Shown piece after piece: positions 25,245-38,126 of a stretch of 64,000 nucleotides of DNA; the stretch's first letter is position 1, and each line of letters starts with the position of its first letter. The stretch spans positions 46,699 to 110,698 of the forward strand of contig MU626316.1 in the NCBI GenBank assembly GCA_025603075.1. Direction: 5' to 3'. Under the pieces are notes generated by a model. That model had not been told where the DNA came from. It did no database searches and saw nothing but the letters and a program-made list of their open reading frames with translations. Source of the stretch: Neoconidiobolus thromboides FSU 785. Taxonomy: Eukaryota > Fungi > Entomophthoromycota. A program made the translations under genes and the position numbers.

Positions 25245-26991
25245 TTTTATGGGTTATTAAGTAAAGTATTAAGTATAATATGGATTCAATGTATTATAAT
25301 TGATAAACAGTTACTTATATATAGATTCAAAGGTGAAATTGAGGGAATATGGGGAAATGGTATACACAATATTAAACTCGATAGTAGCTCAGCTAAAATC
25401 AATTGAAAAAAGAAGAACTCCTTAAACTAAAAAATTTAATTAAAAATTGGATTCTTATTTTATGTTCAACCCCTTTTATTATATACTTTTTTTTATTACT
25501 ACGATTTCATAGCAAGTACCAAGTTCTTATGTGACTTATTAAACTTCCCCAATATAAATGTTTAATGCAAGGAACCAATTAGCTTTGATTTTTTAGTTAT
25601 AAATAAATTTTTCAAAAATTTATAACAAAGTTGAATTAGTGCTATTACTAAATAAATTCTAAATTTTGAACTCTGAAAAATTTTATAACTTCATTTTTAC
25701 CAGATCCCCTCGTTTATGCCATTAAATCAAGTCATGGTTTTAATACTGTTACTAAAAAAAGTAAGTAAATAACTCAATAGAAGTAATTTTAAGCGAAATA
25801 AAAATCATATTATCCTAAAAAATGATAAAAGATTGGTGCAATTCCCATCCTCTATTTTAATGTCTTGGGAACTATTGTTTAATATATTGAATGTTCTCTT
25901 GAATTATAATGTTATTATTTAAAGTGAAGCAAGGGCATAATACAGAACTTTAGATCTTTAACTTATTTTTTATTAATAATCATTATCAACACTTTTTTTA
26001 TTTGAAAATCTTTAACAGTAAAACTTATAAATAAACAATTGTTATTGTATTATGCTATAAAAATTTCACAATTTAATAATAAAAAATAAGCTTCAAGATT
26101 ATTCTTTGAAAACATTTCCACTTAAACAATAATTTTAGGGTGTCTAAATAAAATAAGCTTGATAATTTAAAAGGTTATATTATTTTGAAAAATTGTATTA
26201 ATAAAAATTTAATATATTGAGTTAATATATTGAAGAGTTAAAATAGCATTTATGAAAAGCTATTAATTTTGTCTAGTTTTTAGTATATTTAAAATCATTG
26301 ACGTCAACTTTAATAATTAATTGACTTAATAATTTTCTATTTAAATTATTTTGGCATGTATAATTCAATACACTTAGATTAGTATAAAATATATACTTTA
26401 TATAAAAAAGGTACTTTAAACTACTGATGTACAATATTTGTTTGCATCGATTGAGTTTTTTTAATATAATTGAAGTTATTAAGAATTGTGAGAAATTTTT
26501 TCTGTAATGTTTAAAATGATCTCTTTAATTTTATTGTTTTCAATAATATATTAAGCATATTTTGAATTAACACAATAACTTAATAAAAATTAGATTATAG
26601 ATTTAGTATTATAACAAGTATTTTTATCATTTCCTAATATACAAAACTATTATTTGATGTTACAATAAAAAGAAGCTATTTTCTTAAATTGTCTCTTAAA
26701 TTCAAATTTACATTTTATACTTATACTTTTATTATTGTATGATAATTTTTTAAATATTAAAATATATACACATGACACTTCCTTTAGGGCTTAATCATAT
26801 AAAATATTTCAAAATAAACGTCTCTTATATCATAACATACAATAGCAATACAAATGGTATAAGGTTCAAACGAAATAAAATTCTAAGCACTTAACTTATT
26901 ACAGCTATTTTAGCATCATCAAATTTTCGATTCAATGCAAAATTTATTAAACCAACATCCAAAAAAATTCAACTTTTTGACATTTAAAACA

Positions 26992-29456
26992 ATGGAAAAT
27001 ATATCAGCGAGTTTTGGAAGTGATTTAAAAAGAAGTATCGAAGTAATATGCGATGCTGATGATATATTAGAAATAACACCTTTAGGAGCAGGTAACGAGG
27101 TTGGTCGTTCCTGTATTATTTTATCTTTTAAAGGGAAGACAGTGATGGTAGGTCTAATTTAAATTCATTTTTAAATGATTTATTTTTTGTAAATAGTTAG
27201 ATGCAGGTATTCATCCAGCACACGAAGGGATTGCTGGTTTGCCTTTTTATGATAATATTGATCCAGATACCGTTGACTTGGTTTTAATTTCTCAGTATTT
27301 TTAGTTATTTATAGATGTAATTATAAATATTAATTCTTTTTTAGTTTTCATTTAGATCATGCTGCATCATTGCCTTATTTTATGGAAAAAGTAAATGTTT
27401 CCAAACTACTATTTATACATTTATTTATATTAATGAAATTTAAAAGACTTCTTATTCAAATCCTGTTTACATGACTCATCCAACAAAAGCAATTTATAAA
27501 TGGTTTCTCACCGATTATGTGAGAGTGAGGTAATTTTATTTTATTTTACTTTATTTATCAAATTTAATAAACTTGCACTATTTAAGTACTGCTTCCGTTG
27601 ATGATATGTTATTTGATGAACAGGATTTATTACATAGTTATGAAAAGATTAGCGTAGTAGATTATCATCAAGAAGTGGATGTGGATGGTATAAAATTTAC
27701 GCCATACAATGCTGGCCATGTTTTGGGAGCAGCTATGTTTTTAATTGAAATTGCTGGTGTTAAGGTTTTGTATACCGGTGATTATTCTAGAGAAGAAGAT
27801 AGACATTTGATGGCTGCAGAAAGACCCAGTCATGTAACCCCAGAAGTGTTAATTTGCGAAGCTACTTACGGTAATCAAGCTCACGAGCCTAGATTAGAAA
27901 GAGAGGCGCGTTTTACTTCTAGCGTTCATAAAATTGTTAGTAGAGGGGGTCGATGTTTAATACCTGTGTTTGCTTTAGGTAGAGCACAAGAACTTTTATT
28001 GATTTTGGATGAATACTGGCAAGCACATCCAGAGTTAGATCATGTGCCAATTTATTTTGCTTCTTCATTGGCTAAAAAATGTATGGCAGTTTATCAAACT
28101 TATATTAATATGATGAACCAACATATCCGTAATCAATTTTCATCTTCAAACCCATTTGTTTTCAAACATATTGCTAATCTTCGCCACATCAATTCTTTTG
28201 AAGATAATGGCCCATGTGTTATGGTAGCCTCCCCAGGTATGCTTCAAAACGGACTAAGTCGAGAGCTATTTGAAAGATGGTGTCCAGATGACCGTAATGG
28301 CCTTTTATTATGCGGTTACTCTGTAGAAGGAACTTTAGCTAGAACTTTACTTAGTTCACCAGCTAAAGTCCCAAGTATGAGGGGTGGAAAATTACCGTTA
28401 AAGATGGAGGTCGAATACATATCCTTTTCAGCTCACGTTGATTTCAACCAAAACTCGAAGTTTATTGATTTAGTTGCAGCACCGAATCTTGTATTGGTGC
28501 ATGGAGAACCTATACCCATGTCAAGGCTTAAGCAAAAGCTATGTGAAATTTATGTGAATCCATTGGATCCTGCTACAGTTACTAAAGAGGATTTGGATCC
28601 TAACTTACCAAGACGTAGAAGAATGGCTATTTATACACCTAAAAATACAGAGACTGTAAGATTACCATTTAAAGCAGAAAAGATGGCAAAAACCGTAGGT
28701 AAACTTGCAAATAAAGAACCTACAGAAGGTACTTTGATAGAAGGAATTATTGTTGGTAGAGATTTTCAATATCGAATCATGGAAGAAGAAGATTTGGAAG
28801 ATTTGGCAGGATTGCCTGTAGCCGAGTTTCATCAGAGACAAAGTATAAGCTTTCATGCCAAATTTTCATTAATTACAACCACTTTAAAGAAGATGTTTGG
28901 TAATGACTCAATCCAAGTTGTTGAAAACGGAATCGAAATTTTGGATGTTGTTAAGCTTATCGATAGCACTCATCAAGGTGAAGTTGATATGGAGTGGTTA
29001 GGCAACGAAGCTAATGATATGGTAGCAGATGGTATTTTAGCTACTATATTGCAAATTTCATGCTCGCCCTCTTCTATTAAATTGACGTATGAGCCTCATT
29101 CCCATGGAACGGATGACAAGCAAAAACTTACTATCTCCAAAATCGATAAACTTTTGTTAGTGTTTGGTGAGTTATTTGATTCAGTCCAACTAATTGAAAG
29201 CCTATCAGAAACAACTGAAAAGGTCATTTTAATTGAGTCAGATCAGCAAAGTGTAATGGTTAACACAGAAACATTTGAATTGGTTGATAACCAATTACAA
29301 GAAAATGGAAACAAAGAAAAACTGGAAGAAGCAAAAGGGAATGAGGAAAACAAAAGTGAAGAGGATCTAAATGAAGAAAAAGAAAGTAAAGAATTAAGTT
29401 TAGTTGAAAAAGTCACCACTTTATTACAAAAATTGAAGCAAAGTACTGTAAATTAA
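26992..29456 (+). CDS. YSH1: mRNA 3'-end processing endonuclease CPSF73 (metallo-beta-lactamase/beta-CASP)
   Basis: [14 protein letters not shown], spliced [37 protein letters not shown]. Four short 5' introns. Confidence 0.96.
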
Positions 29457-29667
29457 AACGATTTAAATCATAAAATAAGTAAATTGTAGATCTTGCTTTT
29501 AAAGTTTATTTGTTTCATCTGTTATTATATTTAATAAATCTAATTTTTATTTATTAGTTTTTTTATTTTTTATCTACATTTATAATTGAAAGATTCAAAT
29601 AAGTTACAAAACACAAATATTAAAATAAAACGAGAAAACTATTATTTGTTTTAAAAAAGTAAAAATA

Positions 29668-30401
29668 TTATTCAAATCCTTCTGCTTTGCCAGCCTAAAT
29701 AAAAGAGTTATTAGAATACACTTGAATTAAAACTAAAATCTAAATTACTGTAAGAAGACCAACAATCAAACCAAAGAGTCCAATAACTGAGCCAAAGATT
29801 TCAATAACTAATATTTTAACGAACAATGTACTGTTTTGAGCGTCAGCCAAAGCTGCAGCTGATCCAGTAACTCCAACACATAGTCCACAAAATAAGTTAC
29901 ATAATCCAACAGTTAAACCACCCCAAAATATAGCGTAACCTAAAAACAAAAAATTACCTTTAATACCCCTGAAAAACATGGCAATTTACCTGTATAATAA
30001 TGCGACTTAGTAAATAATTCCCCACCACTAACAGCTGCAACTTCACCTAATTTTGCTGAAAATAAAATGGCCATAATCACCCCATAGATCGCTACAACTT
30101 CACAAAAAATAATCGAGATTAAATTCTTGGTTTGAATACGTGGCGCTTTAACTGCACCACCTAAAATAGAAGTTCCAGTTACAAAAATACCCCAAGCAGC
30201 ACCAACGATGGATAAACCAATGCAAAGTCCTATACCTAAACTTGACCACACATAAGGTGAGGTATCAATTAACCACTGTCCAATGTTTACCTTCTCACCT
30301 TGACCAGTAAGTAATAAATACAAACCATGAATGGCAGCGTAGATTATAATAGCGCTAACGGTGTAGTTGTAATACCCTGTCCCGTATGAATAATAGCTCA
30401 T
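29668..30401 (-). CDS. VMA16: V-ATPase proteolipid subunit c'' (3 exons)
   Basis: [41 protein letters not shown] and [23 protein letters not shown]; last exon AGKAEGFE*. Confidence 0.95.
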
Positions 30402-30759
30402 TTTTCAGTTGACGAATATGAATTCTAATTTAGTTAAAGTTGTGCTCGTTTTTTTTATAAATTTTAAGTGCCATGATTTTGCTTTGGGTTAATTAATATG
30501 TCGGTTAAGCTATAGTTTATTGGCTAGAATAAAGGGAAAATATAGGGTTTATTGGTTAATTTGATTTTGGTCAAGTTGAATTTCATTGACTTCATCCTTG
30601 AAATTATAGCCAATTATAAGCTACTTGATTTTTAGGAGTTATGGTGACTAAATGTAAAATAACAAAACAATAAGCTAGAATAATAAATATATATATAAAA
30701 TGCCATAAAATAGTATATAATATAGTAAGTAACAACAATTATATATCACAAAATAAATT

Positions 30760-31914
30760 TTATTTATCATTTTGATTTAAAAAATCTTGCATAAATTCAA
30801 CTAACACAGTCACTGCTTTCTCTTGCAGTCCATTATATAAAGACACTCGAATACCTCCGATTGAACGATGCCCGTTTAAATTAATAAGGTTCTTCTCTTT
30901 AGCTGACTTAATAAACTTTTGTTCCAACTCTTCACTATTCAAATTAAAAACCACATTAGTCCATGAGCGGAATTCCTTGTTAACTGGGCATTTATAAAAC
31001 TTATTATTTTTATCAATAAATTCATATAACTGTTGGCTACTACTTTGACTCTTTTCTATCATTTTCTTTAAACCTCCTTGTTTTTTTATCCACTCTAAAT
31101 TATACATCAAAGCCAGAATAGCAAATGTAGGTGGTGTATTATATAACGAATTGTTCTTTGCCATAATGGAATAATCAAACACAGTTGGTATGGGGAACTT
31201 CAACTCAGCTTGTCTATTCTTCAACACATCATCATGTACAATAGCAATGGTCACTCCAGCTGGACCCAAATTTTTTTGAGCTCCACCAAATACAATCGAA
31301 TATCGTTTGAAATCAACTTTCCTTGCCATAATATTTGAAGACATGTCACAGATAATTGGTATCTTAGAATCAATGTTATTGAGGATATCATGGGCCTCTA
31401 CTCCATTAACAGTTTCATTTGCACAGTAGTAAAAGTAAGCTATCTCTTCAGGGGAATTCAATTGAATTTCTTGAGTGTTTATGCCATTAAATTTACCACT
31501 GTAATGTTCTCTGGAATCCGATAACATCTTAACTGGTAGGTTGTATCCTTTAGCTTGAGTATAAGCGGCCAATGACCAGGTACCACTGACTAGATAATGG
31601 CCGTACTTATTGTTTAATTGATCGTTGTTATAATTAGCTAACAAGTTTAATACACTTCCTGTGAACTGCCCAGTACCACCACCTTGTAAAAATAGAATCT
31701 GATGGGTGCTTGGGATATCTAATAATTCAGTTAATAACTGTTTACTGTTTTCAATGATTGACTTAAATGCAGCCGAACGATGACTTAAGGATAAGATAGA
31801 TTCCCCAGGGGTTTCAGAATACTCCAAAATAGCATCAGAGCATTTTTTTAAGACTTCATCTGCTAATACGGAGGGACCGGCGGCAAAGTTATAAATCGGC
31901 GATGTATTACTCAT
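30760..31914 (-). CDS. SER1: Phosphoserine aminotransferase
   Basis: YNFAAGPS, FLQGGGTGQF, CDMSSN, GAQKNLGPAG (PLP lysine), GHRSIGGIRVSLYN. Confidence 0.97.
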   Translation of the reverse strand: MSNTSPIYNFAAGPSVLADEVLKKCSDAILEYSETPGESILSLSHRSAAFKSIIENSKQLLTELLDIPSTHQILFLQGGGTGQFTGSVLNLLANYNNDQLNNKYGHYLVSGTWSLAAYTQAKGYNLPVKMLSDSREHYSGKFNGINTQEIQLNSPEEIAYFYYCANETVNGVEAHDILNNIDSKIPIICDMSSNIMARKVDFKRYSIVFGGAQKNLGPAGVTIAIVHDDVLKNRQAELKFPIPTVFDYSIMAKNNSLYNTPPTFAILALMYNLEWIKKQGGLKKMIEKSQSSSQQLYEFIDKNNKFYKCPVNKEFRSWTNVVFNLNSEELEQKFIKSAKEKNLINLNGHRSIGGIRVSLYNGLQEKAVTVLVEFMQDFLNQNDK

Positions 31915-31977
31915 TGAGTTATTTGACTAAAAAGTTAAAATTTTCACTCTATGATTTACTCCTTTTTATCTACATGA

Positions 31978-31984
31978 TGAGTCA
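31978..31984. promoter_or_regulatory. Putative Gcn4/CpcA site (TGAGTCA = TGACTCA reverse complement) upstream of SER1
   Basis: Perfect AP-1-type heptamer 64 bp upstream of the SER1 ATG; a TGACTAA variant lies at 31924-31930. Confidence 0.5.
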
Positions 31985-32227
31985 GATATTTTTAGTCTAA
32001 TTTAACAAGTTTAATTTTAAGTTTAATTTTATTCGCGTTTTTTTTTTTGCATAAATTGGAAACAATTAGAAATGATCAATATTAATAAAATTTAATGTTT
32101 TGATGTATATTGATATTAGAAAACAAAATTAGTATGGTATATAATTTCGTTTTTACCAAAAATAATATATAATAACACAAAAGATATATCTAATGGCTAT
32201 TTCTATAAATTTTATTGAAGAGGTAGC

Positions 32228-32705
32228 TTAATTCTTTTTCTGTTCCAATTCCAATTTTTCTGATTCTGATAAACTCCAAAACTGGTTAACTTTCTTAAAA
32301 TACCATCTTCTTAACTATAACAAATCGTTAGTATTCGTTATTCTAATTAAATGTTCAAATTATTTACTGGTTGGAAACAATGATCTTGATAACCATAATC
32401 ATGATATATTACCATGTACATTCCTATCCCTATATTTAAAATAAGCTTATTAGTTTATTTATACTCTTTTAGGATTACATATAATATTTATTTGGGCTAT
32501 AGAAATTATAGTACTATGCCATTATTATTATATTACCTCCACAAAGAACATAAGAAAAATATTCGATTAAAGTAGCTTTTGTTATGTGAGTGGTATCTTT
32601 ATCAATTCTCCTTTGAAACTTATCAGCCAACTTAATTTGACTTAATTTTGGAGCTGCTTTTGTAGTATTTGTTATATTTTGTAATAATCTAAAATAGGAT
32701 CTCAT
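32228..32705 (-). CDS. Small single-TM hypothetical protein, possibly mitochondrial (3 exons)
   Basis: Splicing gives MRSYFRLLQN...YVLCGGIGMYMVIYHDYGYQDHCFQPLRRWYFKKVNQFWSLSESEKLELEQKKN*. The basic N-terminus resembles a presequence. Confidence 0.65.
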
Positions 32706-33052
32706 TTCGAATAAAGAATAACTAAAATTTAAAAGATGTTTGTTTTGCTTATTTCTTACCAAGTTATAAATTAGTTATTTTCTTGGAGTATTTTTAATAA
32801 CCAATGAAATAAGTTCAAATCCTCAGTTTATTTTATTTTATTAATTTTATCCACAGTAATATTGCAAGTAAAAACTATTCAATCCAATGGACAAATAACA
32901 TAGACTTAATAAAGCATAAATTTCAGTTAAAACATTCCACTTGGAAAAGCGAAAAGCAAAGAGAGTAAAAGTAAAAAATAGCAAACTTATAAAAACTGCC
33001 CTTTTTGAAGCAATTTTTTTTTAAAAAGACGATTAAACAACCACTTTTAGAA

Positions 33053-33569
33053 ATGTCCAACTCAAATGAATCTTCCGCCCAAAACATACCCATCCGTGTA
33101 AGAAAGGCGGACCCAAGTTTACCAATACCTTCTTCTTATTCGACTACTCCTCGTGGTACCATTTTCTCTACCACACCTGGAGGTAACTTAAAGACAATTA
33201 AGATAGAATAATAAAGCTTAACTTTATTTAGGTACTAGAATCATTTATGATCGCCACACCTTATTAAACTTGAGAAACTCACCTTTATCACGTACACCAC
33301 CAGCTAATTTAGGGTTTATACCAGGGGTAACCAAAAGCTCTTATACTCAAAACCAACTTCATCCTAGTATGGTACATCACCATACTCCTTTACAAAATTC
33401 ATTTTCAGCTATTTCAGAACTTGATCCAGAAAAAGAAGAAAAAGAAGATGATGAAGAAGGTAAGATTAATGGCATTTAAAATAATCTTGATTAATCTTTT
33501 ATTTTAAATTTAGGTCATAAAAAGAAACAGGGAGATTCCGGAGAGCTATTTGATATGGAGATGGAATAA
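33053..33569 (+). CDS. eIF4E-binding protein (4E-BP family, 3 exons)
   Basis: [39 protein letters not shown] (YxxxxL-phi) and C-terminal LFDMEME (TOS-like). Confidence 0.92.
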
Positions 33570-33791
33570 ATTATAATCCGTTTTTTTTCATGCATTTATT
33601 ATAGTGTTTTATTATATCTTTAATATTATTAGTGTTAATTTTTAATGTCAAAGCAAATATGAGATTTTTGTTTAATTTTTTATTAATAGTATAATGGGGA
33701 ATAACGATGGTTTGATAGTCTAAGGTAGAATAAATAATTTCAATAGGATAATAGTATTAATAATAAATAGCTATATTGTTCTTATATTATA

Positions 33792-35538
33792 TTATATAGT
33801 TGAAGTTGTATTAGAATTAGTTGAATAAGTAGAGTTAGGAATTGAATCACTATTTTGATATTTTAAATGATAATTAGGAGGGGATAATGAGGGATTAGTA
33901 AGTAAGTCCTTATTATGTAGATAGCCGATACCAGAAAGATCCCAAGCAATCCAATCTAAGAACCAGAAAGGAACAAAGCAAGTTAGAAATGAATCATCCA
34001 TGATAAAATAAGAATTCAAGTTGAAGAGAGATTGATCTGTTGGCCAAGTAGGATTATTCTGATGATAAAAGTAGTTGAAATTAAACTCATAATTTGGTAG
34101 AATATAACTTAATAAATAAAAGAAGTATGTAATAAGTAGTTTATAACTATTTACTACGTATTCATAATTTTTATGACTTGAGCTATTTCTATTTAAAATT
34201 ATTCTTCTACTATGTCTACTGTATTTTTTTAACTCCATTTCTATCTCTCGGTAGCTTATTACGGCTTTGTTAACTATATATTCATATAATTTATTATAAT
34301 ATGGATCTATTAAGTGAAGTTAAGTATTGTTATAGAAATTATAATATGACATTATTATTGAGGTAAATTACCTTTCTTAAGCTGGTTATATTCCAGATTA
34401 TTGAAATAAACCAATGATTTTTCACTCTTGATTCTCAATACCAACACATCCATACCAAAGGGCTTTAATTCCAGCCTTAAACTAGTTGCTAAAGTTAAAA
34501 TGGAATTCATACACGAAGAAAACAGCCCGTTCCAAATAGTAGGTAATTGGCCAAAATTCATTATAAAAAATGATAAACTTAGTTTTTTCTGATTTCGACA
34601 ATGATTCCTTATGATTGGCTGTATTAATTGTAATGGTCCGAGTAAATTTAATTGATACAATACTCTTACAGCTTCAACTTTATAATCACTTATAGGCTCT
34701 AATCGACTTAATGGGCCTACAATATCTACACTTGGTGTAACACATATTATATCTATAATAGTAAAGATGTTATTGCATTATTATATTATATGGTATGATA
34801 AATGATTACCTATCCTAGGATAAGCCTCAGCAATCGACTAAATAAAACTATAAAACAACTATAATATTAAACATGGTATAAACTTACTTTAAGTGTATAT
34901 TTAATATATACTTCACTTTCAAAATTTAAGATCCTTTTGTCTAAATTCGGAGCTAAATATATGTATTAAGTATACCAAAAAGAGCAAAATAAAACTGAAT
35001 ACATACTATCTTCCAAAAAGGACATTTCCGATAAATTAGGTGCTAAAGCAATCACCTTATGTCCTTCTCTTAAAAACTCTTTTGTTAAATGATATCCTAA
35101 TTCCCCGTTTCTACAATTTGTTATAAGGATCACTTTAACTATAACATGAATTAGATAAGATATAAATATTCATAATAGATAATCAATCGCACTTTTTTTA
35201 TCCTCTATCTCGGGGCCTGTAAACTCAACCTCTTTTAAGCTCATAAAATCATATTCATTTGCTTGCTCTAAATTCGTCTTTCCATTCCCTGTTTCAAGAT
35301 CGTTTTCGTTCTCTTCCTCATCATTGTAAGCCCCGTTGTTATAAATCAATTCGTTTAATGAAATCGCCTCGTTTGACAAGTCTAACATATTATGATCCAA
35401 ACTAAGTCTCCTTGATCCTAATATCACAGTATTTGTAGGTGAAAACCCCAAACTTGGTTGTACTTTGTCAATAACCAAGGACTGAGATTTAATGTGAGCT
35501 TTTATTTTTTCATTGTTATTAGTTGTATTATTTGACAT
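33792..35538 (-). CDS. Atypical AYR1-like SDR lacking canonical catalytic residues, with hydrophobic C-terminal region (multi-exon)
   Basis: KVILITNCRNGELGYHLTKEF Rossmann-like start; PTIWNGLFSSCMNS...LRLELKPFGMDV. Internal splicing only partly resolved. Confidence 0.65.
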
Positions 35539-36066
35539 TATTATAAATGGATTTTTAATTTAAATCACTCTTTTTAAATTAATTTTTCTGGTGTGATGTG
35601 AATGAAGATTTAATTCGCTAAGTTGAATTTGATGAATTTTGAACCAATCACCAAAAATAGATTTTAAGCCAGTTTGGAACTTATTAAGTTTGTTAGCATA
35701 TTAGGCTTCTGAAAATTAAATACTGTTAATCTAATATAATAATAAGATGTATGCATGAAATCCTTTTTTATAATAGCTTTGTTTTGTCTCTTTCAAAAAT
35801 TATCCTTATCTACTAAATCAGTATTCAAATATTTTATCAATAACTAAATTTAAATGATGTAGTCTGCTTTTATTCCTAATATAAAAAATAATTTTTCTGT
35901 GTGAATATTTTAACATATTGTTTAGTAATTGTTTACTCCGCTTTGAGACATCAGTATTTTTATCTTAAAAGTTCAGATATGTGAGTATCCAATTGTATAG
36001 TGGTTCTTAATAACCAAATAATTTATATTACACTTGTTTTTTATAGATTTTCAAAAAATAAGATAT

Positions 36067-36165
36067 GGGGATATATCTTTGTATTTAAGAATTTTATTAA
36101 CAATTTTTCCACTTAAATAGTGCTTAAAAGATAAAAAAAGTAATGAAACCAAAAAAAACATCAAC
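36067..36165 (+). mobile_element. MITE copy
   Basis: TSD ATAT/ATAT. Confidence 0.88.
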
Positions 36166-36757
36166 ATATTATGTTGATTTATACTTGTAGGTGTTATAAC
36201 TCTTTTGTAACCTTTTTAATAGTAATTTTTATAGTAAAATTATTTGTATGGCAATTTTTTATAGCCTAATTATTATAACTAGATGAATTTTACTAAAGAG
36301 TTCTTAAATAGGAAATAATTAAATCACAGAAAGAGCTGCAACAGCTCTGCATGTTTGACACATTACATATGAGATTGAATATTTATTTTGATAATTTTAA
36401 CGAATTACAAAAACATACTTGGACATCAAATGCAATTAAAAAAACTTGATAACTACATTTAATTAAACCATTAAAGATATAAAGTATACTATTATTATCT
36501 ATAGTGTAGGATCATTTTGTTTTAAGCCAAAATTTAATCAAATATTATTTTACATTTATATTCAATGTTAAAATAAACCTAAGGTACCACTTATTTTTAT
36601 AACCAAAAACATGTAAGTTATGGTTAGTATGGGGCTTTAAACAATTTTTAATTTTTAAATTATTAATTGTTGACATACAATTATTAAATTGTAAAATAAT
36701 TCTTTTTTTTAATTACATTTTTAAAGGGACTGTTTTAATCTTTAGAAATTAACAAAT

Positions 36758-36856
36758 GGGCATGTATTTTTGTGTTTAAGAATTTTACCAACAAATTTTC
36801 CATTCAAATAGTGCTTAAAAAATGGAAAAAGTAATGAAGTCAAAAAAAACACTCCC
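36758..36856 (+). mobile_element. MITE copy ~105 bp upstream of URA3 ATG
   Basis: TSD AAAT/AAAT. Confidence 0.9.
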
Positions 36857-36960
36857 AAATGGTAGTTCTTTCTTTTGAGCCAATAAGACCACTTTCAAGC
36901 AGAGCAAGAATAAAATAGCAACTTAAGTAAATAAAGTTTTTTTAATTGTTATCCTTCAAT

Positions 36961-37858
36961 ATGTCAAACTATCGCTCTTATACTTACCAACAAAAAGCTG
37001 AATTACAACAAAATGTAACAGCCAAAGAATTTTTAAACCTTGTTATTGAAAAGGAGAGTAATTTATGCCTTTCTTTAGATGTAACCAGTAAAAAGAAGTT
37101 CCTTGAATTAGCTGACCAACTTGGACCTTATATTTGTTTATTAAAGGTAATTTACTTCTATCAAAAAAATATAAATTTTACTCTTGATAGACACATATTG
37201 ATATCTTGGAAGATTTCGACTATTCTATCATCGAAGAATTACAGTTTTTAGCAAAGAAACATAACTTCATGATTTTCGAAGATCGAAAATTTGCTGATAT
37301 TGGTATATAAATTTTTATAGTATTTTTCTTTCATTTACACTCTTAGGTAATACTGTGAAAAACCAATATCTTAAAGGTGTATATAGAATCGCTCAATGGG
37401 CCGACTTTACTAACTGCCATATTATACCTGGTGAAGGTATCATTCAAGGTTTAAAGTCGGTAGGTTTAGATACCACCCTTGTACCAAAGCCAAGGGCTTT
37501 ATTACTTTTGGCTCAAATGTCAAGTGCTGGCTCTTTAGCAACTGGTGACTATACTGAAAAAAATGTTAAGCTTGCAGACCAGCATAGCGACTTTGTAGCA
37601 GGGTTTATTGCCGCAGGTCAATTAAAGTCAGAAGCTACCCCAATGATTGTTATGACCCCAGGTATTGGACTTGAAGTAGCAGGCGATGCTATGGGGCAAC
37701 AGTATAGAACACCTGAGTCTATTATAACAAAGAACCACTCAGATATTATTATTGTTGGTAGAAACATTATCAACAGTGAAAATCCAGTTAAGATGGCTAA
37801 AAAATATCGTGAAGTAGGGTGGGAAGCTTACTTAAAATCTGTAAAACCTTCCCCATAA
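36961..37858 (+). CDS. URA3: Orotidine-5'-phosphate decarboxylase (3 exons)
   Basis: [18 protein letters not shown]|[14 protein letters not shown]|NTV, MTPGIG, GQQYRTP, IIIVGR. Confidence 0.97.
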
Positions 37859-38126
37859 GTCATAGAGTAGATAGATAGTCCATACTACTATCAAAAAATA
37901 AATTATAACATTAAAATTCCTTCTATTTGTATATTTAGTGTTAATTAATCACATCATAATACAAGACTACTATACATTAAGTTACTTATAATAAAATAGA
38001 TAAATGTTAAGTTTTATTATAAAAATAAAGCCCATTCAAACTTTTTAATAAAGGATAAAAATGGAACTCTATAAATTCGCTTTTGTGACAGTAAGTATTT
38101 GTCCTAAACAATTAGGGGCATCTAAA

